DNA from: Octopus bimaculoides | Lineage: Eukaryota | Assembly: GCF_001194135.2 (NCBI RefSeq) | Contig: NC_068992.1 | Span: 29,732,253 to 29,796,252 of the forward strand | Direction: 5' to 3' | DNA length: 64,000 nucleotides | Shown here: in pieces, positions 53,769-64,000 of the stretch | How the letters are laid out: each line of letters starts with the position of its first letter | How positions within the stretch are numbered: the first letter of the stretch is position 1 | The notes under the pieces: generated by a model | Seen by the model: only the letters and a program-made list of their open reading frames with translations | Database searches by the model: none | Told to the model about the DNA's origin: nothing | Made by a program: the position numbers and the translations under genes

Positions 53769-55006
53769 ATGCGTGCGTGTGTGTGTTTGTGTGTGTGTAT
53801 GCATGTACTATATATACACACACGCACAAACACACCTTCAGACTGTACCCAATCTAAATCTCGAGGTCTTAGTTAACTGTAAATTAAATCACATATAACT
53901 ATGGGTTTAACTATGATATAAGCTTTGACATTTCTCGATAATTATTATTTTATTTACAAAAGTAAGAGGAATCAAGACATATTTAAAAAAATTACACCTA
54001 TCTCATTTGTTAGTCATAATCAAGTACACTGGATGAGCATTACTATTCTATTCGAAATAAAATAAGATTGCACTTAGATCCAAATCAATTCCCAATAACA
54101 TATATCTTCTGATATATGTGGTATAAGATGAAATAAATGCTTTTCATTAGCACCGCAGAAATCTACCAAAACCCTATTGTATTAATAGCTATAATGATGT
54201 ATGAAATGAAAACAATTGCATATACATACCAAACTAAAAACTGAATTGGAGTTTTAACGACGCGTTTGCACGTGTGGATTAAGCTGATATAAGAAAGATT
54301 TAGCATTTACAATGCTTGCGGGCAACGCTGTCACAATATTTCATAAAACTTGGGAAAGAAATAATATCCATATAATTTGGTAAAGTAAAACTGGAAAGCA
54401 CAGCCGGAAGAAAATATCGCTTCATATTTCACATTTGACCTACGGCTTAGATCACGGCGAAGAAAAATTTGAAAGTCATATTTTCTCTTATTTCACGTTA
54501 CTTTCTCATTTTTCGCTATACTCCTCTAGAGAACATAAATTCGAATATAGTACAAGAATAGTGTATAAGTAGAAATATAATATGTTTACCCGTTCAAATA
54601 CGTACGGACATAAATATAGAATATTTAAAAAGATAACTTTATATAAGCATATATGGAAGTTCTACTTGCATAATCTGTTCACAATATTTAACTACCTGCG
54701 AGTTTTTAAATGATATAGTAGCTATAAAACATTCTATATAACATCATACACTCTATAGCTTTTAGAAAGAATTTACTTTCCAATATAAACGTTCGTCCGA
54801 CTCCCTGACTGCATACATACATACATACATAAGCACACACGCATACACAAATATATACATGTATATATGTGAAAAAAATATATATTTATATGTGTGCGTA
54901 TGTAAGTTATGTATATATATATTTATTTGTGTGTGTTTGTAAGTTATGTATGTATATATATNNNNNNNNNNNNNNNNNNNNNNNNNNNNNNNNNNNNNNN
55001 NNNNNN

Positions 55007-55039
<33 letters not shown>

Positions 55040-55048
55040 CATATATAT

Positions 55049-56040
55049 GGGAGAATTCACGAAAATACAACAGATGAAGACAGGTGGTGTAAACAACAAA
55101 TGGACGTATTAGTGTAACGCTCGGGAATAGAGAAACTCTTTAACGTTTCGAGCCTACGATCTTCAACTGAATTTCTCGGAAATTCGCGTAAATGAATATC
55201 CATGAAATAATAAATCAAGGGACGTTATTCTAGAAAGAAATTTTGAAGTTTGACTCCCTTTGATTTGTCTTTTCGTTAAATCTCTCTTTTTTTTTGCATT
55301 ATGTGTTTGGTTTTATTCTGGGCATGGTGTACTTATTCTTGTATATTGAGGTTGTACTTCATTGGAACATATTTCTTCTTTGTGTGGAGTATGTGACTTA
55401 TTTCTTCTTTATTGTGTGAAGTTTGTGTGCTATGAGTATTCACATTTATGAAGGGGCTATCCTGGTAGGGTTGCCTTCATTTATAGCTACCCTCGTTTAT
55501 ACTTCTTTAAAGTATATGAGAATGAAATGTTGTTTATGTAAGCAGCTAGAGAAGATTTCATCCCTAATGTTTCAGATGTCTGTTGATTGTATAATACTTA
55601 ATTTTTCAGTAATACAGAGTTCACATTCGGGACTTCGTCCTCTGTATTCTTTGACTTCAGCAATAATTTTCCATTCTATTTTGGATTTGCTTATTCCGCC
55701 GTCTTTCAATGATCATACTAAATTTGATAGGGATGTGGCATGTTTTTGTTTCTGTCTCTGAGTGAGGCAAGGTTTTGCGGATTCCTTTCTTTGAAGGAGT
55801 CTCCCGTTATTTCGATATACGTGTGTGGTATCCCTTTGGGATCTGTGATCTTGGCCTTGTATACGAGTTCTCTCTCGAGACAGTTGGTGTTTAGAGGGAA
55901 GCGGTTTGGGGATCTGAAGTTGCATTGATTTTGTGTGACATTTCTGGTGAGTTTACATTTATTGTGATTAAGTATTATTGATCTATATTGGGGAGACAAA
56001 TAACGGTCACTTTAACAGTGTGTGAATGTGGGAAGTGGAT
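55049..56040 (-). mobile_element. Penelope-like element 3' fragment (GIY-YIG endonuclease plus terminal region)
   Basis: Minus strand reads HTVKV..CLPN/RSIILNHNK..CNFRSPNRFPLNTNCLERELVYKAK..TYIEITGDSFKER..ATSLSNLV*SLKD..IEWKII..CELCITEKLSII, the PLE linker and GIY-YIG pattern. It ends at a (TA)n tract. Confidence 0.85.
55130..55177 (-). ncRNA. Degenerate minimal hammerhead-ribozyme-like motif in the PLE terminal region
   Basis: Minus strand: gagaaattc-ag-TTGAAGA-tcgtaggctc-GAAAC-GTT-aaa-gagtttctc. The core matches CUGANGA except C3 to U, includes GAAAC plus the palindromic AACGTT, and has a 9-bp enclosing stem with one G-U. Confidence 0.45.
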
Positions 56041-56093
56041 ATCTATTAGTTTTAAGAATTTCTTAGTATGTTACTAGCCACATTCATGCTATA

Positions 56094-56130
<37 letters not shown>

Positions 56131-56918
56131 TAAGCATATACATATACCTATATAGATATATATACACATATACATATAAATACAGAAATACAAACATAGA
56201 CACACAAACACACAAACACACATATATACTTACATATTTATATCTTTGTACATCAGAGCATGTTTATATATTTTTGGAACGCATATGTACCTATACAACT
56301 ACATATTCATGGGTGTCGGAGGATATGAATGCTCAGAAGCCATTCATACACCGGCAATAAAGTTAGACGAAACACCTGTAAGTTAATGCCATTAATCATT
56401 TATGAACAAACCCACAAGTTTTTCTTTTTTCTTCTATATGTACTCAGTGATCTTCCTGTTTATGAACTCCAATGAAAGAATATTGGACTCTAAGACACGA
56501 GGTCTCTTGTTAGCTTGTTGTTTCGTTATATAAGGATGCACAAAGTGTTAAAGAGCCGTTTATACATATATCAAGCAATTTATATAGAAATACACACATA
56601 CATATATACATGCACACACAACACACACACATATCTATGTAAATACAGAGAAGGGAGGGAGAGAGAGGGAGAGAAAAAGATATATGTTTTTGTATGTATA
56701 TATAAGTATGTATATATATACATATAAGTATGTATATATATACATATATATATAATATATATATATATGTATATGCATGTATGTATAGGTATATATATAT
56801 ATATATAGATAGTAAATAATAAGAAGCACACACGCACAAAGGCACACACATACCTTCATGCAGACGGGTTATCTTTTAGAGAAATAATTAAATTTCTTTT
56901 TCCATTCATACAGTAGGA

Positions 56919-56950
<32 letters not shown>

Positions 56951-57729
56951 NNNNNNNNNNNNNNNNNNNNNNNNNNNNNNNNNNNNNNNNNNNNNNNNNN
57001 NNNNNNNNNNNNNNNNNNNNNNNNNNNNNNNNNNNNNNNNNNNNNNNNNNNNNNNNNNNNNNNNNNNNNNNNNNNNNNNNNNNNNNNNNNNNNNNNNNNN
57101 NNNNNNNNNNNNNNNNNNNNNNNNNNNNNNNNNNNNNNNNNNNNNNNNNNNNNNNNNNNNNNNNNNNNNNNNNNNNNNNNNNNNNNNNNNNNNNNNNNNN
57201 NNNNNNNNNNNNNNNNNNNNNNNNNNNNNNNNNNNNNNNNNNNNNNNNNNNNNNNNNNNNNNNNNNNNNNNNNNNNNNNNNNNNNNNNNNNNNNNNNNNN
57301 NNNNNNNNNNNNNNNNNNNNNNNNNNNNNNNNNNNNNNNNNNNNNNNNNNNNNNNNNNNNNNNNNNNNNNNNNNNNNNNNNNNNNNNNNNNNNNNNNNNN
57401 NNNNNNNNNNNNNNNNNNNNNNNNNNNNNNNNNNNNNNNNNNNNNNNNNNNNNNNNNNNNNNNNNNNNNNNNNNNNNNNNNNNNNNNNNNNNNNNNNNNN
57501 NNNNNNNNNNNNNNNNNNNNNNNNNNNNNNNNNNNNNNNNNNNNNNNNNNNNNNNNNNNNNNNNNNNNNNNNNNNNNNNNNNNNNNNNNNNNNNNNNNNN
57601 NNNNNNNNNNNNNNNNNNNNNNNNNNNNNNNNNNNNNNNNNNNNNNNNNNNNNNNNNNNNNNNNNNNNNNNNNNNNNNNNNNNNNNNNNNNNNNNNNNNN
57701 NNNNNNNNNNNNNNNNNNNNNNNNNNNNN

Positions 57730-57775
<46 letters not shown>

Positions 57776-58246
57776 AAGAATAAGTAAATGTCTATAGGTT
57801 AGTTTGCATTTGGTATCAAAACATTGATGCATTCAATGCAAGAATTGGCAAAGAATAGTCAGTTTTGTTCAAAGTGTAATAATACGGTTTAGCTTGAAGC
57901 AATATAAAAAAGTAACATATAAAACCAGCGGTTTGATAATACGTGGTGCCATTTTAATTGAAAAGTTACGCTCAGAAAAGCGTTGATTATAGATTTATAG
58001 AAGTGATGTATGTCGTATAGTATTTAGAAAAAAGAAAGAAAAGAAATGAAAATAACCCAGTACACTATCAGATAAAAGAAACAAAGAAAAGGAGTTGTAA
58101 TAAGATAAGTAAAGAAAATTACAAGAGAAACAAGACAAAAGGTAATTAAATAATACACGAGAAAGTTCTTGTAATTACAGCTAACACCCATGTAAAATAT
58201 ATTTGATCTGTCGGAGGTACTTACTATACAGACAAGAGTATATATG

Positions 58247-58280
<34 letters not shown>

Positions 58281-58890
58281 TATATATATATATATATAAT
58301 TATACGTCTACAAGTATATATACCCACATATTTATATATACAGATATATATATACATACGGATCGATATATATATGTATGTGTATATATACATTTCTCTA
58401 GATGAATATACGTGCTTGTATATAACCATTCATGCGGATAAATGCATATACCTGTTAAGGTTTTATCACCGAATTATCTATGCGATATGTCTACACATGA
58501 ATACGCAGAAACGAATAAAAATGCTCACATTTACACGACCAGTGAAAGCGAGACAGATTACTGTAAAATGCGCGTGCGTGAAGGAAAAAATCACACATAT
58601 GGACATATACAGATGTACGTATTTATATGTGAGATTATAAATCTACAAACACACATACACATGCATATATTAATAATTATGTGCGTATGTATGTATTCAT
58701 ATACAATATATCTGCGTACATTGATACGCATTGTGGTGTCTGTTTGCGTATGCGAACGCTTTTGGGGCAGTTTGTGTTAGCGTAGATGTGTGTGTGTGGG
58801 GAGGCAATGTTATTTCTCTTCTATAAATATTGGCCAGTTTATCTTGATTACAAAATTCGTAAATTGGCGATAGATAACTAATAATATGTA

Positions 58891-60049
58891 ATAGGAAATC
58901 TATCCATCTACGATGGAGGCATAAAAAGAGGGAAGGAAGTCCTAACCGCATTATGTATTGAGAAATGTGTAAATGGACTTGATAGATTACTGGGTGATGT
59001 TTTGGAGAAATCACATTATTGCTGGTGAAACAGCATTCCATTGCAGCTACATGACTGTGTTTCCTACTGACATGTGATTCACTCCCGAACTGAATCACTC
59101 CCGAACTGAAATAGGTTGTCATCCACTGTATCATAGATAGTGAATAGTTATGTGGATCACTCCTAATGAAAGCCAGAGCTCCCTTCGACCGCTACATAAA
59201 AAGTATTAAGAAAAAGATGTTATTTAGATATACTTTTATTTTAGCTGTTTACACTATTTTACTCATGTTTATACTCTTATACATTCAAACTTCACAAATT
59301 TTCCTATTTAAATTATGAATCATATTCATTTCGATAAAGTCAATATTATTGCAAAACTTCTTTGTAGACGATATTTTTTGTTTGAGCGACGCTAATTTTC
59401 AAAATACTGGAGTCCGTTTCTCTACTCATAGCGACATACATAAACATCAGAGTGGGCAAAAATACACCTACACAATCTAACGTCTGGCCTTGTGTCTTGT
59501 TAGCTGTGAATGCCCGAGCGAAATCTTTAGGATTGCAAAAAATCAACCTAAGACTTACTTCTCACAGTTCTATGCGAATAGTATCTGGATATTCTGGTAC
59601 CATGGGTTATTTTGATTGACAAAACTGAGATGTAAACAACATCCGCTTAGATTAGCTGTTTCGAATCCTGCCCAGTACTGACACACGTCAATAACCACTA
59701 AATAATCACACACATTATATACTGACACACATTTTTCTATATTATTTTCCCTATTAACCGTCCTCACGACCCCCTTCGTATCTACGATGGGGCTACGAAC
59801 TATGCAATGCACATCCAGAGTTACTCGTGGTCAGTGAATGTTTAATAGAAATGTGAAGGTAGTTTGTAAATTCGAAAATCGTTATCCACGAAAGAATCGT
59901 ACTTGCTGATTTTTTAATGCTTAAAAACCATCCTAACGACCATCTTTGTAATCCCGAAAACAATGGTGACCATTGGTCCAGCCATCTGGCCGTGAAGAGG
60001 GAACAGATAGAGGGACAGACAGATGGACAGAACACCCGTTATAATAAGA
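58891..60049 (-). mobile_element. Internally deleted Helitron (element B)
   Basis: 5' end A^TCTTATTATAACGGG followed by a (CTGT/CCAT) microsatellite-like tract. It contains a helicase fragment. The 3' end has the hairpin tccatc-gta-gatgga, 8 nt, then CTAT^T. Confidence 0.75.
59346..59546 (-). pseudogene. Helitron PIF1-like helicase C-terminal fragment (motifs V-VI)
   Basis: FARAFTANKTQGQTLDCVGVFLPTLMFMYVAMSRETDSSILKI..TKNIVYKEVLQ* matches the Helitron Rep/Hel terminus (AFAMTINKSQGQTL..VG..L....FSHGQLYVA.SR..TKNIVYKEVL). Confidence 0.85.
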
Positions 60050-60068
60050 TAACAATAACATATATAAG

Positions 60069-60424
60069 ATAGCAAATCTTCCCATCTACGATGGGAAATA
60101 AACGGATAGTATCGCAAATCTAAACCCTCGAAATTCACTAACTATACGGGGGTTGGGGTTTGGAATCCAGAATATGGATTTTAACAAAAAAAAAATCAAA
60201 AGTAATTTATTAATACAAATCTCAATATCCATTGAATAATCATATTATTTAACATTTTTGTCGCTAAAATCCTTCCTGATTACATCCTTCGTAAACCCGA
60301 AAAACATCGTGGACACTGGCCCAGACGTTTGAGCGTGAAGAGTGTACAGACAGACGGATGGACAGACGGACGGAGAGACAGACGGACGGATGGACAGACG
60401 GATATAACGCCCATTATAGTAAGA
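60069..60424 (-). mobile_element. Short non-autonomous Helitron (element A), same family as B
   Basis: 5' end A^TCTTACTATAATGGG, a (CCGT/CTGT)n tract, ctcttcacg..gatgtttttcggg homologous to B, and a 3' hairpin ttcccatc-gta-gatgggaa followed by gatttgCTAT. Confidence 0.75.
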
Positions 60425-60879
60425 TGTATGCATTCACTGTGAATGAATATAAAGGAATACACCTCTAACTACCTCGCAGGCACGCGTGCACACACATACA
60501 CACACATATAGACAATACATCCACAAACACACTCTCACTTGTATAATTGTGTCTCTTCCTTTGAAATTTGTGTTTAGCTAAACTTATGGCTTGAAAGTTG
60601 CAACTAAGGACGTGCGCACTATTAAGTGCGTCTCACTCTCCGTATTTCTGCATTTCCTTGTCTATCTCTCTCACTCACAGGTACCTTTTTCTCTCTCTCT
60701 CCCTTATATATATATGTATATATATAAATTATGTGTATTTTTCAATGTGTACAAATAACACGGAAAAAAATAGCCACCAGGAGCGCAAAAGTTCACACAA
60801 GTGCCAAGCATATTACAGCCTACTTATAAAGGTAGAAATTCCAGTGTTAAGTGAAATGTTTTTGGATAGCATAGATAAA

Positions 60880-61820
60880 TTAAGAAATCGAGTTAAACGC
60901 AGGTGTTATTCAAATCTTTATACTTCCGACATATTTTTCGAAGAAAACATTGATATTATTATGGGGAGAATAAAATGATGTAAAACAATGCAATCATCTC
61001 ATCAGGGAAAATAAAAAGAGAAACCACAGCAATACGCTATTTTAACCGAATGTGATCTGCTTATGATATGGGAATATGAACCAAACAGTTTTCTTAGGAA
61101 ACATCTTGTTATTAGGGTGGTTATCTCCCTTACACTGCAAAATTATATTTTTTAATTTACTGTTGTTATTCGAACTAAAATTTATATTGTTATTGCTGTT
61201 ATGAAGTGTCTCATGCTCTGAATAATAGAGGTAGAATTAATGTCAATAGGGTTAATATAGGTAATATTTTCTTTATAGCCTGCTTTAAGTAAGGCAGAGT
61301 TACAAAATTCGGCTTTGTCGTTGAAGATATCAACATTAGCAGATAATCTAGAAAGTCTAAGTGAAATATTTCTGACTAAATTCCTTGTAATAGCATTTGA
61401 ATGATTACTGAAAGAGCTAATATATTTTTAATTAGTTGATTGTTTGTGGTATGGGAAATGTGAATAATTATATAAGCTAAGGGTAATATCCCGAAAGTTG
61501 GCTTTTGGATATTAATTTTTGGATATTACCCATAACCTTTTTCTCTCCTCCTTCTCATTCTCTAAGTTGCCTTTGACGTTATATCTATTAACGTTTTTTT
61601 TTAAATAACTTGCCAGCGTTCCCCTTCATCATATACGCAGTAATCACATTCGGTTAAAATCGCTTATTGATGTGTTTTGTTTCTCTTCTTTTCCATGACG
61701 AGATGACTGCATTGTTTTACATCATTTTATTCCCCCCACAATAATAAGAATGTTTTCTTCGAAACATATGTCGGAAGTATAAAGACTTGAATAATACCCG
61801 TGTTTTACTCCATCTCTTAA
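60880..61820. mobile_element. About 940-bp element bounded by ~195-bp imperfect inverted repeats with TTAA at both outer ends
   Basis: 60880-61074 is the reverse complement of about 61619-61820 (shared ctttatacttccgacatat.tttcgaagaaaacatt, gaataaaatgatgtaaaacaatgca and ttttaaccgaatgtgat). ttaa occurs at 60880-60883 and 61817-61820. Confidence 0.6.
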
Positions 61821-64000
61821 CTTCTCTCTCTCTCTCTCACTCCCTCTCGCTCGCTCTTTACATATATATTTATATATATATATATATATATATGTACTCA
61901 GATGAATGTGTATGTATATATATACATGCATGTATATGAATATATAGCAAAATAATACACACGCGCACACATACATGCAGACATACACACACATATACAT
62001 ATATACATATATTTGTCATAGGAGGACCTAATTTTCATCGTTTGCAGTGAAGGAAACCAAATACTAGGACGTGTTTGATGGGGTCCCTGTCAGAAGGTGA
62101 GATACGCCCTAATTTCTCTGAGAAATCAGATTTCCAACACTATCTGTGGTCGTTGGTTTGAAGCGAAATGAAACAGCCAAACTCGCTGTAAGAGAAACCG
62201 AAACAATTAAAACCAACTCAAGATGATTGTGACTCAAACATCGCTACTGAAAATCATTTGCAAGCAAATCCTAATTTGGGAATAGCTGCGTATTGGTCAT
62301 GAGAAGAGTATAGTTTAAGAGTTGATTTTCTAGTGACTTTGACGTATCTAATGAAGATGCAGAAGTGTTCCAAACAATGTTACAGCCTGAGTTTCCAACG
62401 TATTTAAATAGCTCCTACTGATTTCCATGTGTTGGAGAAAAACATGTATATGTATGTCACGTTTTACATTCTATCTATCTATCTATTTATCTATATATCT
62501 TTCTATATGAATATATTGATATATATACCCACATACATACATAAATTCATATATATATANNNNNNNNNNNNNNNNNNNNNNNNNNNNNNNNNNNNNNNNN
62601 NNNNNNNNNNNNNNNNNNNNNNNNNNNNNNNNNNNNNNNNNNNNNNNNNNNNNNNNNNNNNNNNNNNNNNNNNNNNNNNNNNNNNNNNNNNNNNNNNNNN
62701 NNNNNNNNNNNNNNNNNNNNNNNNNNNNNNNNNNNNNNNNNNNNNNNNNNNNNNNNNNNNNNNNNNNNNNNNNNNNNNNNNNNNNNNNNNNNNNNNNNNN
62801 NNNNNNNNNNNNNNNNNNNNNNNNNNNNNNNNNNNNNNNNNNNNNNNNNNNNNNNNNNNNNNNNNNNNNNNNNNNNNNNNNNNNNNNNNNNNNNNNNNNN
62901 NNNNNNNNNNNNNNNNNNNNNNNNNNATAAACAAATATATATATATATATACATATATATACATAATATATACATACTTATATACGTACATACATGCATA
63001 CAAAAACATATCGTTTGAAGTGATACTGTGTTGAGATTATATGAGAAATAGGAAAACTAATTAGTTGAGCGCGAAGAGAACCGTAATTAAAATCCTATAC
63101 ATATATTCACAGACATTTATATCGTAATTATTACCCTAGTCACTCCCTCTATTTCCTTCTCCCCTATGTCTAATTCTCTCTTTCGCTTCCCGCTGCATTA
63201 AATACAAAAGTAAAAATTCATATATTCTCATATACTGAAGCAGTAACAGGCATACATACAGCCACACATAAAAATGTACTAATCGTGTACACACACGCAT
63301 AAACACACACACGCACACACACAAGCACACACACACGCAATTTAAGTACATATACTTACATATATGAACGTACATATGCATACACGTACACACATATATT
63401 TGTACAGGAATCACATAAAAGACAGAGTGATTAAACAAAACGATGTTTCACTGAAGAGAACACGTTATACTAAAACCGCTTATAATGATAGCCTTTCATT
63501 TTATCTTCTGAAATCATAGATAATTATGTCTTAAGTGTAATCTCTTATGACGAAGAATCACACCAATATGATTATTAGCAATCCTGTTCTAATTTAAACA
63601 TCTTCGATTCCCCCTCTTCCATTTCTCTGAATCAAGTGCAATGACTGTGTTTTCGATACTAAAAGTATGATCAACAATCAAGGTATACATTTTTTGCGGA
63701 GAAATTCTTTAATATAATTGCTTGTGTTGTGCGGGGTATTTTATTTTTATATTTTATCTTGTAGCAAATGTCAAGCAGTGGAAACAGCAGTATCAGTATT
63801 AGCACTACTATTGCTGTTGCTGCCGCTGATGAGGATGACGATAATGGTGGCAGTGTAGACGATGATGATGTGTTTAATAATTATGATAATGATGGTTCCA
63901 CTTATATGAATAACGGTTGCTATACAATTGCAGTTGATGTTAAGACACCCATTAATTCAATGTTATTTTTCTTGACGCTCCTGTTCTCGTAAAATCTCAA

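Noticed and set aside
60598-62000. Similar peptides in ORFs 60598-60978 and 61722-62000 (SLYTSDI.FEENI.II.G.IK) as paralogous genes
   Set aside because: The similarity comes from the DNA inverted repeat; the rest of each ORF is microsatellite.
62048-62096. 49-nt candidate exon (tttgcag / gtgaga)
   Set aside because: Stops in all three frames and no supporting context.

Overview
AT-rich eukaryotic (animal) genomic DNA dense in microsatellites and broken by 14 N-gaps. The SINE types and (TA)n/(TACA)n/(AAT)n load suggest a coleoid cephalopod, probably Octopus (inference from recognised repeat types, not verified). I could not support any host protein-coding gene, tRNA/rRNA gene or CRISPR array. 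Nearly all ORFs in the track are artefacts of N-gaps or microsatellites. What is recognisable is decayed mobile DNA: a near-full-length RTE LINE (14.3-18.2 kb) with two C-terminal C2H2-like fingers and a 142-bp templated insertion; three 5'-truncated R4/Dong-like restriction-like-endonuclease (RLE) retrotransposons, one embedded in (TAA)n and two head-to-tail in (TACA)n; a Penelope-like GIY-YIG fragment with a hammerhead-like motif; two tandem non-autonomous Helitrons, one keeping a helicase C-terminal fragment; several tRNA-derived SINEs; a TTAA-bounded long inverted-repeat element; and several long hairpins. The most interesting lead is the apparent microsatellite-specific targeting by R4-like elements, with a possible (TACA)n-specific family. 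All alignments and identities were judged by eye.
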